Of a DNA stretch of 64,000 nt, positions 1-8,417 are shown piece by piece. Each line of letters opens with the position of its first letter. The stretch's first letter is position 1. This DNA is from Acidimicrobiia bacterium. GTDB taxonomy: Bacteria > Actinomycetota > Acidimicrobiia > Spongiisociales > UBA11373. The stretch spans positions 83,083 to 147,082 of the forward strand of contig JBBDMM010000018.1 in assembly GCA_040878325.1 (NCBI GenBank). The letters run 5' to 3'. The notes beneath the pieces were generated by a model. The model was not told the origin of the DNA, did not search any database, and was given only the letters and a program-made list of their open reading frames with translations. A program made the translations under genes and the position numbers.

Positions 1-1
1 G

Positions 2-166
2 TACACCCGGCCCGCCGACTTTCGCGGCTGGGTGGTCCCTGAAATCCTGTTGTCCGGCGACCACGCCCGAATCGAGGAGTGGCGGCGCCAAGCACGGGTG
101 GAGCGCACCAGAGCAAGGCGTCCCGACTTGATGGCGGATTTCCAGGAGGACGGCGACACCGTCTAG
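2..166 (+). CDS. trmD: tRNA (guanine37-N1)-methyltransferase TrmD, C-terminal fragment (5' end outside window)
   Basis: Translation [36 protein letters not shown] matches the conserved TrmD C-terminus. It lies upstream of rplS as in the canonical trmD-rplS arrangement, and the stop is TAG at 164-166. Confidence 0.8.
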   Translation, partial: YTRPADFRGWVVPEILLSGDHARIEEWRRQARVERTRARRPDLMADFQEDGDTV

Positions 167-202
167 AATCCGGCCCTCGGGCGCTCGCCCGTGGAGGATC
201 CG

Positions 203-553
203 ATGAACACGCTCGATCAGGTCGAGGACGCCTACAAGCGCGACAACATTCCCGATTTCGGACCCGGGGATACCGTTCGCGTGAACGTTCGCGTCGTCGA
301 GGGCGGCCGGGAGCGGGTCCAGGTGTTCGAGGGCAATGTCATCGCCCGCAGCGGCGGCGGCCTGCGCGAGTCGTTCACGGTTCGCAAGATCTCGTTCGGG
401 ATCGGGGTGGAGCGGATCTTCCCGGTCCATGCCCCGATCATCTCTTCGATCGAGGTGATGCGTCGCGGCAAGGTCCGTCGCGCCAAGCTCTACTACCTCC
501 GGGACCGAGTCGGCCAGAAGGCCACCCGGATCAAGGAAAAGCGCGAGACCTGA
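203..553 (+). CDS. rplS: 50S ribosomal protein L19
   Basis: [27 protein letters not shown]... is typical L19. GGAGGA RBS at 193-198. The ORF-track start at 191 is an upstream GTG. Confidence 0.9.
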   Translation: MNTLDQVEDAYKRDNIPDFGPGDTVRVNVRVVEGGRERVQVFEGNVIARSGGGLRESFTVRKISFGIGVERIFPVHAPIISSIEVMRRGKVRRAKLYYLRDRVGQKATRIKEKRET

Positions 554-569
554 GAGTCTCCAGCCTCCA

Positions 570-675
570 GTCCCCAGTCAAGAGCGTCCTCCTCCGCCGT
601 CCTCGGCGGGGGAGGTGGCGCCGCCGTTTCGGCGGTGACGGAGGGGGCACTGAGACAGCGTGCGGCCCAACGCGG
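570..675. repeat. Copy 1 of dispersed ~95-nt GC-rich multi-hairpin element (+ orientation), 3' of rplS
   Basis: The core aagagcgtcctcctccgccgtcctcggcgggggaggtggcgccgccgtttcggcggtgacggagggggcactgagacagcgtgcgg is shared with copies at 25384, 35752, 35862(rc) and 63191(rc). It contains inverted repeats cctcctccgccg/cggcgggggagg and gccgccg/cggcgg. Confidence 0.55.
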
Positions 676-746
676 TTTCGCCCTTCGCCTTTCGCTCCTC
701 TTGACTCTTGAATCTTGAGTCTCCAGACCACCGCTACCGTCTCGCC

Positions 747-1469
747 GTGACTTCCGACCTTCCGCCGGATCGGCGCGAGCCGCCCGATGACGATCCGGAT
801 GACTTCTTCGGCGTTCCTCCCGAATCGGATGCCGATGCGTTGGAGCGTCTGCGGGTAGAGGCCCAGGGGCGAGGCGAGCGCTCCGATGCGGTCCGGTCGT
901 TCTGGAAGGAGCTGCCCTTTCTGATCGTGGTGGCCCTGGTGGTCGCCGTGATCATCAAGACATTCCTGATTCAGGCGTTCTATATCCCATCGGCTTCGAT
1001 GCGGGAGACCCTCATCGAGGGGGACCGGGTGATGGTCAACAAGCTCTCGTATCGCTTCGGTGAGCCCTCGCGAGGCGACATCGTCGTGTTCGAGTCGCCG
1101 CTCGATCCTGGCGACGACAGCGAGTCGTTCGTTGGGGCAGTCATCCGCCATATCGGTGAGGCGCTCGGGCTCTCGACACCCGACTCCGCCCTCATCAAGC
1201 GGGTGATCGCCATCGAGGGTCAGGTGATCGAGATCTCGGGCAACGCCGTGCTGATCGATGGGGTGCCCATCGCCGAGCCCTACCTGAACGACCGGGTGCA
1301 GATGGGCGACTTCGGCCCATTGACGGTCCCCGACGGATTCGTTTTCGTGATGGGCGACAACCGCAACCAGAGTGAGGACAGCCGCCGCTTCGGCCCGGTC
1401 CCCGTCTCCGACATCATCGGCCGCGCCTTCGTAAGAGTGTGGCCCCCCAGCCGATGGGGAGGGCTGTAG
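747..1469 (+). CDS. lepB: Signal peptidase I
   Basis: Motifs IPSASMRETL and GDNRNQSEDSR, plus a TM segment LPFLIVVALVVAVII. The start is uncertain: the ORF-track TTG at 708 lies inside a repeat tract, and GTG 747 was chosen. Confidence 0.8.
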   Translation: MTSDLPPDRREPPDDDPDDFFGVPPESDADALERLRVEAQGRGERSDAVRSFWKELPFLIVVALVVAVIIKTFLIQAFYIPSASMRETLIEGDRVMVNKLSYRFGEPSRGDIVVFESPLDPGDDSESFVGAVIRHIGEALGLSTPDSALIKRVIAIEGQVIEISGNAVLIDGVPIAEPYLNDRVQMGDFGPLTVPDGFVFVMGDNRNQSEDSRRFGPVPVSDIIGRAFVRVWPPSRWGGL

Positions 1470-1670
1470 TCGGCCGCCTCTGGCGGCCTCCCGCAATTCG
1501 CAAATCGCAATTCGCAATTCGACAGAACCCCGAACGCTTCCTTTAGGGATTGCTCGAATCTTGCGGATGGCGGATGGTGGATGGCGGAAGGCGGAAGGCC
1601 GTCCTGCTGGCGACTGGAGACTGGTGACTGGCGACTCCTCTCCTGTCACCCCCACCTGATATTGATGTCC
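1470..1670. repeat. Tract of degenerate tandem repeats phased at 7 nt (gcaattc x4, gcggatg/gcggaag x5, gactggn x4)
   Basis: Direct reading gives gcaattc gcaaatc gcaattc gcaattc ... gcggatg gcggatg gtggatg gcggaag gcggaag ... gactgga gactggt gactggc gactcct. A single 7-nt phase is held over about 170 nt. Confidence 0.7.
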
Positions 1671-1759
1671 AATGCACCGAACCCTTCCGAACGCGCCGGC
1701 GTTAACATTCATGGCATGCTCCGGCGAATCCGCTGGACCCTCAGGAGACCCTGCCAACC

Positions 1760-2077
1760 ATGAGCGAAGAAGACCTCGAGCGGTACGAATCGGACGTCGA
1801 GCTGCAGATCTATCGGGAGTACCGCGACGTACTTCCGATGTTCAAGTTTGTGATCGAGACCGAGCGGCGCTTCTACCTGGCGAACGCGGTCGACCTCAAC
1901 ACCCGCGAGGCCGGCGGTTCGGTCTACTTCGAGCTTCGGCTCGAGGACGCCTGGGTGTGGGACATGTACCGTCCGGCGCGGTTCCTCGAGAACGTCCGCG
2001 TGCTGACATTCCGCGACGTCAACGTCGAGGAACTCGAGCATCCGGAGATGCAGCCGCCCGACACCGACGAGGCCTAG
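1760..2077 (+). CDS. DUF2469 family protein (conserved actinobacterial protein downstream of lepB)
   Basis: MSEEDLERYESDVELQIYREYRDVLPMFKFVIETERRFYLANAVDL...VWDMYRPARF matches the DUF2469 consensus. Confidence 0.8.
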   Translation: MSEEDLERYESDVELQIYREYRDVLPMFKFVIETERRFYLANAVDLNTREAGGSVYFELRLEDAWVWDMYRPARFLENVRVLTFRDVNVEELEHPEMQPPDTDEA

Positions 2078-2379
2078 GGGCCCGCGGCGAGGCGATCGCT
2101 CTCGCCTTCCTGCGACGCCGGGGTGCCCGACTGATCGCGGCGAACGTCCGGTCGGGTCGCGGGGAGATCGATCTGCTGGTGCGCCTCGACGGTCGAGTGG
2201 TTGCGGTCGAGGTCAAGACCCGGGTGGGTGTCGATCCGCTCACCCAGATGACCGAACTGAAGCATGACCGTCTCCGCCGGGCCGCCCATCATGCCAACCC
2301 GCGACCGACCCGGATCGACGTGGTCGCGGTGATGTTCGACACCACCGGCGCAACCATTCGGTGGGTGAGGGGGATTTGA
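1957..2379 (+). CDS. yraN: YraN family (UPF0102) predicted endonuclease
   Basis: LGARGEAIALAFLRRRGARLIAANVRSGRGEIDLLVRLDGRVVAVEVKTR...IDVVAV matches YraN. The reading frame is open from upstream and overlaps the DUF2469 gene. The true start is unresolved, since no ATG/GTG/TTG lies near the conserved N-terminus; GTG 1957 is the nearest. Confidence 0.55.
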   Translation: MGHVPSGAVPRERPRADIPRRQRRGTRASGDAAARHRRGLGARGEAIALAFLRRRGARLIAANVRSGRGEIDLLVRLDGRVVAVEVKTRVGVDPLTQMTELKHDRLRRAAHHANPRPTRIDVVAVMFDTTGATIRWVRGI

Positions 2380-2494
2380 GGAGGTCTACGGTTGACGGTG
2401 CCCCGAGTTGACTCGTCCGTCTGGCCGTGGTCCCTCGACCGTCGACCACTTTGGTTGACCGCCCTGACCGCCTAACCCTGATCTACCGTCTCGG

Positions 2495-2719
2495 GTGATG
2501 CATTCGCGCGGACTCGAACCCGAGATCGTCACGCCCGTGCAGCCGTATGCGGCGCGGAAGCGTTACGTGTGCCCGGGCTGTGAGGGTTTCGTCGAGCCGG
2601 GGGAGGGGCACCTGGTGGTGGTCCCGGAGGATTGGCCCGATCTCCGCCGCCACTGGCATCGCGCCTGCTGGCATCTCGAGCAGCGCCGCCGCCATGGCCG
2701 GCCGCCCGAGACGGAGTAG
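2495..2719 (+). CDS. Hypothetical small Cys/His-containing protein (CPGC...HRACWH), possible zinc ribbon
   Basis: 74-aa ORF in a non-repeat, lower-GC stretch. No family recognised. Confidence 0.3.
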   Translation: MMHSRGLEPEIVTPVQPYAARKRYVCPGCEGFVEPGEGHLVVVPEDWPDLRRHWHRACWHLEQRRRHGRPPETE

Positions 2720-2830
2720 AGCGATACGCGATAAGCAATTCGCGATACGACGAAAACCTGCCAAGCGCGGGCAGCGCCGGCTTGCGCTCTTTCTGGCTGG
2801 AGCCGGAGCTGGAGCCGGAGCTGTTCAACC
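2720..2830. repeat. Repeat tract phased at 7 nt (gcgatac gcgataa gcaattc gcgatac; ggagcc/ggagct x4)
   Basis: Seen directly; same architecture as the other spacers. Confidence 0.6.
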
Positions 2831-2935
2831 CATCATCGCCCAGACGACCAACCCGGTCGCGACCAGCATCGCTCCGACGACCAGGGCGATGTCGAGGCGG
2901 TTGGTGCGATGCTTGCGGAACGGGTTGAAGCCCAT
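2825..2935 (-). CDS. Candidate 36-aa single-TM small protein (MGFNPFRKHRTNRLDIALVVGAMLVATGLVVWAMMG)
   Basis: ATG...TGA ORF below the ORF-track size cutoff. GC3 is about 90%, which is typical of coding sequence in this genome, and there is a hydrophobic helix. Divergent from the hydratase gene. Confidence 0.3.
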   Translation of the reverse strand: MGFNPFRKHRTNRLDIALVVGAMLVATGLVVWAMMG

Positions 2936-2979
2936 GCAGGGATCGTAGGTGGGCACCGCCGGCCGGTATTCTCCGATGA

Positions 2980-3747
2980 ATGTTCGCGGTGCGCGACGAG
3001 GGGCCGGTGCGATGGCTGACCATCGAGAATCCGGCGCGGCGCAACGCCATTCCGTTCGGTGCCTGGCCCGACCTGGCCGCTCGGTTCGCCGACTTCGCCT
3101 CGTCTGAAGCCCGGGTGCTCGTGGTTATCGGTGCGGGAGAGGATTTCTGCTCCGGTGCCGATGTCGGATCTGGAATGACCTCGGGCGGTAGCGCGGCGGC
3201 GTACGCCACGATGGCGGAAGTGGGGGCGGCGGCGGCGGCGCTTCATCGGCTCACCAAGCCGACGATCGCTGCCGTCGATGGGGTGGCCGTTGGTGCAGGG
3301 ATGAACCTTGCGCTGGGCTGCGACATCGTTATCGCCTCCGACCGCGCCCGTTTCAGCGAGATCTTCGTCAAGCGGGGGCTGACACTCGACTTCGGCGGCA
3401 CCTGGCTGCTTCCCCGGCTCGTCGGCCTCGCCCGCGCCAAGGAAATTGCCCTGACGGGTCGCATGGTCGGCGCGAGCGAGGCTCTCGCCTACGGGATGAT
3501 CGCCGCCGTGGTGGCACCGGAGAACCTTGCCGCAACCGCAGCCGACATGGCCGGGGAGATCGCCGCCGGGGCGCCGCTGGCTCAGCGCTTTGCCAAGCAG
3601 GGGATCGACCGATCGTTCGAGATGTCGTTCGACGAGTCATTGGCATACGAGCAGCAGGCGCAGACCGTCCTCTTCAATTCCGAGGACCTCATCGAGGGCG
3701 TCACCTCCTTCATGGAGAAGCGCTCTCCGGATTTCAAGGGACGATGA
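2980..3747 (+). CDS. Enoyl-CoA hydratase/isomerase family protein
   Basis: Crotonase-fold motifs: LTIENPARRNAI, GAGEDFCSGADV, GVAVGAGMNLALGCDIVIA. Confidence 0.85.
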   Translation: MFAVRDEGPVRWLTIENPARRNAIPFGAWPDLAARFADFASSEARVLVVIGAGEDFCSGADVGSGMTSGGSAAAYATMAEVGAAAAALHRLTKPTIAAVDGVAVGAGMNLALGCDIVIASDRARFSEIFVKRGLTLDFGGTWLLPRLVGLARAKEIALTGRMVGASEALAYGMIAAVVAPENLAATAADMAGEIAAGAPLAQRFAKQGIDRSFEMSFDESLAYEQQAQTVLFNSEDLIEGVTSFMEKRSPDFKGR

Positions 3748-3809
3748 GCACCGCCTGAGTCCGGCTCACCCCACTGTTCTGCGTCGTACCCCGCGCGTAC
3801 TTTGCCCTC

Positions 3810-5285
3810 ATGTTCGCTTCAGTCACCTCATCTGCCCTCGTCGGCGTCGAGCCCCGGCCCGTTCGAGTCGAAGCACACGTCTCCGGCACCGCGGGAGGCC
3901 GCGACCGGTTCAACATCGTCGGCCTGCCCGACGCCTCCATACGCGAGGCCCGTCAGCGGGTCCAGTCGGCGATCCTCGCCACCGGGCATCCCTTTCCCGA
4001 CCGCCGCATCACGGTCAACCTTGCACCGGCCGACTTGCCCAAGGTTGGATCGGCGTACGACCTGCCCATTGCGCTGGGAGTCCTGGCGGCCATCGGCGGA
4101 CTCCCGGCCTATGCCACCAAGGTCGTGGCCCTGGGCGAACTCGCTCTCGACGGTGCGGTGCGGGCGGTGCGCGGCGGGCTTGCCGCCGGGATCGTCGCTG
4201 CCCGCCGGGGTATGCCCTGCATCGTGGGGGTCGACGGCGGCGCCGAGGCGGCGTTGTCGGGGGCCGATGTTCGGGGGGTCACCAGCCTGGCTCACGCCAT
4301 GTCGGTGTGCCGCGGTGAAGACCGAGGTCTTCCGGCGCCGGAAGCGGCGCCACCCATCGAAACCTGCCTCGATCTGTCATCGGTGCGGGGGCAGGCGACG
4401 GCCCGGCGCGCCCTGGAGGTGGCGGCGGCCGGCGGCCACCATTTGCTGTTCGTGGGCCCACCGGGAGCGGGCAAGACGATGCTGGCACGGGCGATGCCCG
4501 GTGTGCTGCCCGACCTTTCCCCGGCGGAGGCACTCGAGGTGGCCCAAGCCCACTCGGCCGCGGGCCGCCCTCCCGCGGTGGGACGCCGCCCACCGTTTCG
4601 GAGCCCGCATCACAGCGCCACCCCGGCAGCCATTCTCGGTGGAGGGTCGGGAGTGCCCGTTCCGGGGGAACTGACCCTTGCCGACCGCGGTGTTCTCTTC
4701 CTCGATGAACTGGCCGAATTCCCGTCGCATCTTCTCGACACCCTGCGCCAGCCGATCGAGGAGGGTCGAGTGCATATCGCCCGCAAGGGGGTGTCGGTGG
4801 CGTTCCCGTGTCGGGTGCAGTTGGTGGCAGCCACCAACCCCTGCCCCTGCGGATATCTGGGGGACGGTCGCACGCCCTGCCGATGCTCGCGGCCGGCGGT
4901 CGACAAGTATCGGACCCGCCTATCGGGCCCGTTGCTCGACCGGTTCGACCTGCGGGTCACCGTGCCTCGGGTCGAGGCGGCCGAACTGCTGGGAGCGGGC
5001 GGTGAGCCATCGGCCGCCATCCGTTCTCGGGTGCTGGAGGCTCGTCAGATTCAGCAGGACCGCGGGGTGCTCAACCGATCGTTGAGCCGCGACCAGCTCG
5101 ACGGGCTTCCGTGGGACGTCGACGCCGGGCGGATGCTGGCGTTGGCAATGGATCGGCAGGCACTCACCGGCCGGGGATGGGACCGGGTGCGCAAGACCGC
5201 CCGAACGATCGCCGATCTCGAAGGCGCCGAACAGGCCGGGGGCAATCATGTGGCCGAGGCGCTCGCCCTCAGGAGCGTGTTGTGA
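3810..5285 (+). CDS. comM: YifB/ComM family Mg-chelatase-like AAA+ ATPase
   Basis: N-terminal Lon-like domain, Walker A GPPGAGKT, and C-terminal ChlI-like domain with a CPCG zinc motif. Confidence 0.9.
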   Translation: MFASVTSSALVGVEPRPVRVEAHVSGTAGGRDRFNIVGLPDASIREARQRVQSAILATGHPFPDRRITVNLAPADLPKVGSAYDLPIALGVLAAIGGLPAYATKVVALGELALDGAVRAVRGGLAAGIVAARRGMPCIVGVDGGAEAALSGADVRGVTSLAHAMSVCRGEDRGLPAPEAAPPIETCLDLSSVRGQATARRALEVAAAGGHHLLFVGPPGAGKTMLARAMPGVLPDLSPAEALEVAQAHSAAGRPPAVGRRPPFRSPHHSATPAAILGGGSGVPVPGELTLADRGVLFLDELAEFPSHLLDTLRQPIEEGRVHIARKGVSVAFPCRVQLVAATNPCPCGYLGDGRTPCRCSRPAVDKYRTRLSGPLLDRFDLRVTVPRVEAAELLGAGGEPSAAIRSRVLEARQIQQDRGVLNRSLSRDQLDGLPWDVDAGRMLALAMDRQALTGRGWDRVRKTARTIADLEGAEQAGGNHVAEALALRSVL

Positions 5286-6331
5286 GCCGCGATGATCGGG
5301 TCGGGGTGGCGTTCTTGGGTCTTCATCCCGACCGGGCCCGCACCGAGGTCGAGCGCCACGGGTCGGTGGCTTCGGTGCTGCGCCTCGCTGCCCGCGCCCG
5401 GCTCGACGGCATCGCACCCCACCGGGTGGTTCCGCCCGCGGAGCGTGTCGAGGCGATGGAGCGGGCGGGCTGCCGGCCGGTGCTCCTGGGGGATCCCGAC
5501 TACCCCACCGCTCTTGCCGAGCTCGGCGACCCACCCGATGTCCTGTTCGTGCGCGGTTCGCTTCCCATGGTTCCCGGGGTGGCGGTGGTCGGCACCAGGC
5601 GCTGCACCGGCTACGGCAGGCGGTTGGCGACAGCGTTCGGGAGAGCGATCGCGGGGGCGGGGTGGCCTCTGATCTCGGGGCTGGCGCGGGGTATCGACGG
5701 CGCCGCCCATCGGGGAACCCTCGAGGCCAGTGGCATTGGGGTGGCCGTGCTGGGATCAGGGTCGGATGTCCTCTACCCGCCAGATCATCGGGAACTCCAC
5801 GACGGGTTGCTCGAATCGGGTGGCGCGGTGATAACCGAGTATCCGCCGGGCACTCGTCCCGACGGATGGCGCTTCCCGCCCCGCAACCGCATCATTTCGG
5901 GTCTCTCGGCGGCGGTCGTGGTCGTGGAGGCCGCGGTGACCGGTGGTGCGCTGGTGACGGCGATGCGCGCCGGGGAACAGGGACGCGCGCTATTCGCGGT
6001 GCCGGGCGACGTCGATCGGGAAGCCTCGGTTGGCTGCAACATGTTGATCAGAGACGGCGCGGTCCCCGTGCTCGGCGCCGAAGACCTGATCGAGGCTCTC
6101 TCCCTGGTCCTGGGCCCTCCCCGACGAATGACCCCTGCAGCCACGGCCGCTTCGGTAACCGGGGTGGACGCCCTGGTGCTGGCCGCCACCGGGACCCCGG
6201 TCACCGCTGATCGCCTGGCAGAGATCGTCGGGTTGCCGGTTTCGGAGGTCCTCGGCGCCATCGCCCGTCTCGAACTCGCCGGCCATGTCGTGACAGGTGA
6301 TGGGGTGGTCGCCGCGGCCGATCAGCGGTAG
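5282..6331 (+). CDS. dprA: DNA-processing protein DprA
   Basis: GLARGIDGAAHRGTL...PPRNRIISGLS...ALFAVPGD. GTG at 5282 overlaps the comM stop (GTGA). Confidence 0.85.
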   Translation: MSRDDRVGVAFLGLHPDRARTEVERHGSVASVLRLAARARLDGIAPHRVVPPAERVEAMERAGCRPVLLGDPDYPTALAELGDPPDVLFVRGSLPMVPGVAVVGTRRCTGYGRRLATAFGRAIAGAGWPLISGLARGIDGAAHRGTLEASGIGVAVLGSGSDVLYPPDHRELHDGLLESGGAVITEYPPGTRPDGWRFPPRNRIISGLSAAVVVVEAAVTGGALVTAMRAGEQGRALFAVPGDVDREASVGCNMLIRDGAVPVLGAEDLIEALSLVLGPPRRMTPAATAASVTGVDALVLAATGTPVTADRLAEIVGLPVSEVLGAIARLELAGHVVTGDGVVAAADQR

Positions 6332-6391
6332 ATCCGAACTGCCCAGTTAACGGTCGTTGACCGGGCGGGCTGGCCCCGCCACGATGGAACC

Positions 6392-7285
6392 ATGGCGAAG
6401 ATCCCCGAGCTCCCCGGATGGGCGCGGATGCGTGTCGATGACTTCCTCGGCCGCCTCTCGGCCCAGCGAGGCTTGTCGGCGAACACGGTCGCGGCCTACC
6501 GGCGAGATCTCGCCCAATTCTTCGACTTCTGCGAGCGCCTCGGGCTCGATTCGATCGAATCGGTGGATCGGCGGGTGGTGAGGAGGTTCCAGGCCCAGTT
6601 GGTGAGCCGGCAGTACGTCGCCGCCTCTATCGCCCGCAAGGCTTCGGCGGTGCGGTCCTTCTACCGGGACGCGGTTCGTCGACACGATGTGGCGGTGGAT
6701 CCGTCGGCCGGCCTTCCGCCGCGTAAACGGCCGTCACGCCTTCCGAGGGCGATAGCCGCGCGTCCCCTCGGCGAGATGCTCGATGCCCTGGTGGGTGATG
6801 ACCCGATCGACGTCCGCGACCGCGCCACACTCGAGCTGCTCTACGGGACGGGGATGCGCGTGTCTGAACTGGCTTCGCTGACCGTCGAAGACGTGGAGGG
6901 GGTCGATCTCGTCCGGGTCCGCGGCAAGGGAGACAAGGAACGGGTCGTCCCCCTCGCCGGCCAGGCCCGGAAGTGGGTCGACCGGTACCTCGAGGCGGGG
7001 CGTCCCGAACTGGTGGGTGAGGGCTCAGATCGCCACTTGTGGTTGGGGGCGAAAGGTGGCCCGCTCGGTGCCCGGGGGGTGCGTCACCTGGTCCAGCGCC
7101 GCCTCGGGACGTTCCCTCACGCCCTCCGACACTCCTTCGCAACCCACCTGCTCGAAGGAGGCGCCGACCTTCGCACGGTGCAGGAGTTGCTGGGCCACAT
7201 TGAACTCGCGACGACGCAGACTTACACTGCTGTATCCCGTTCCCACCTCAAGGCGGCATATGAGCGATCGCACCCGCGCGCCTGA
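6392..7285 (+). CDS. xerC: Tyrosine site-specific recombinase XerC/XerD
   Basis: N-terminal SAM-like domain, and a catalytic region [25 protein letters not shown]...TQTYT with the active-site Tyr. Confidence 0.9.
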   Translation: MAKIPELPGWARMRVDDFLGRLSAQRGLSANTVAAYRRDLAQFFDFCERLGLDSIESVDRRVVRRFQAQLVSRQYVAASIARKASAVRSFYRDAVRRHDVAVDPSAGLPPRKRPSRLPRAIAARPLGEMLDALVGDDPIDVRDRATLELLYGTGMRVSELASLTVEDVEGVDLVRVRGKGDKERVVPLAGQARKWVDRYLEAGRPELVGEGSDRHLWLGAKGGPLGARGVRHLVQRRLGTFPHALRHSFATHLLEGGADLRTVQELLGHIELATTQTYTAVSRSHLKAAYERSHPRA

Positions 7286-8054
7286 GCCCACCGAACCGGA
7301 CATCGCCGAGCATTGGCGGCGGTTCAAGAAGACTGGCGACCCCGCGGCCCGCGAGGGCCTGATCCTCCATTTCTCGCCGCTCGTCAAGTTCGTGGCGGGT
7401 CGCGTCGGTGTTGGGCTTCCTCGCAACGTGGAACAGTCCGACCTCGCCTCGTACGGGATGTTCGGCTTGATAGACGCGATCGACAAGTTCGAGCCCGAGC
7501 GGAACATCAAGTTCGAGACCTACGCGGTCAATCGCATCAAGGGGGCCATCCTCGATGAGTTGCGGGCGCTCGACTGGGTGCCGCGATCGGTGCGGGCCCG
7601 AGCCCGCGAGATCCAGCGGTCCCTCGATGAGCTGGAACACCGGCTGAAGCGGAGCGCCACCGAAGAAGAGCTGTCCGATCACATGAGCATTCCGCTCGAG
7701 ACCCTGCAGACACAACTCGGCGAGATCGCCGGGCTCGGTTTCGTCGCCCTCGATGAACTGGTCGACGCCAGCGATCGGGGCTCGGCGACGATGGGCGATC
7801 TTCTCTCCGACCCCCGTGTCGGCGAGCTGGGGTCCGAGCAGGAGCAGCAGGAGAACCGTTACTTCCTCACCGACGCCATCAATCGCCTCCCTGAGCGCGA
7901 ACGCCTGGTGATCACCCTCTACTACTACGAGGGGCTCACCCTCGCCGAGATCGGCGGCGTCCTCGGCGTCACCGAGTCGCGCATCTGCCAGATCCACACC
8001 AAGTCGGTGATGTCCCTCCGCAACCGAATGCTGGAGCCAGGCCAGAAGCCTTAA
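7260..8054 (+). CDS. FliA/WhiG family RNA polymerase sigma factor (sigma-28 type)
   Basis: Region 2 [13 protein letters not shown]...[15 protein letters not shown] and region 4 [30 protein letters not shown] 7260 overlaps the xerC 3' end by 26 nt. Confidence 0.8.
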   Translation: MSDRTRAPEPTEPDIAEHWRRFKKTGDPAAREGLILHFSPLVKFVAGRVGVGLPRNVEQSDLASYGMFGLIDAIDKFEPERNIKFETYAVNRIKGAILDELRALDWVPRSVRARAREIQRSLDELEHRLKRSATEEELSDHMSIPLETLQTQLGEIAGLGFVALDELVDASDRGSATMGDLLSDPRVGELGSEQEQQENRYFLTDAINRLPERERLVITLYYYEGLTLAEIGGVLGVTESRICQIHTKSVMSLRNRMLEPGQKP

Positions 8055-8320
8055 GAAGTCGCCAGTCTCCAGCCTCCAGCCTCCAGCCTAAGAACCGGCT
8101 CCAGCTCCGGCTCCAGCCAGAAAGAACCGGCCTTCCGCCTTCAGCAAGAAGACCTTGGTCCGGGTTTCGCTTTTCGCCTTTCGCATCCTGAATTCCGCCT
8201 CTCGCGAGTCGCACGCTCGCAACTCGCCCACTCTCCACCCGCCGTCGTATCGCGTATCGCGAGTCCCGTATTCAGCATTGCGGGTTGGGGATTGCTGGCC
8301 TCTACACTCCACTCCAATCA
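8055..8320. repeat. Repeat tract phased at 7 nt filling the sigma-rpsB spacer (ccagcct x3, ccggctccagct x2, ttcgctt/ttcgcct, cgcctct cgcgagt cgcacgc...)
   Basis: Seen directly; the 7-nt phase is maintained across about 250 nt. Confidence 0.65.
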
Positions 8321-8417
8321 CTCACGTTGATCGCACCCTTCTGCGGTCGGAGCGCTTGCGCTCCGCGAAGGCCAAAGGATCGGCGGAAGAGACCAACCGC
8401 GAACATGGGAGGTAACG

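Noticed and set aside
708-746. TTG start for lepB given by the ORF track
   Set aside because: Codons 1-13 lie inside the heptamer repeat tract (ttgactcttgaatcttgagtctcc), so they are unlikely to be coding. GTG 747 is preferred, though it is unverified.
1470-1670. Possibility that the short tandem repeats are a CRISPR array
   Set aside because: Units are 6-7 nt and degenerate, with no 25-40-nt direct repeats separated by unique spacers. There is no cas gene in the window.
2495-2540. tRNA-like string gcgcggactcgaacccgag (resembles the reverse complement of a tRNA T-arm/acceptor end)
   Set aside because: The flanking sequence cannot be folded into a cloverleaf (no complementary T-stem, no anticodon arm). 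The segment is instead the 5' end of a small ORF.
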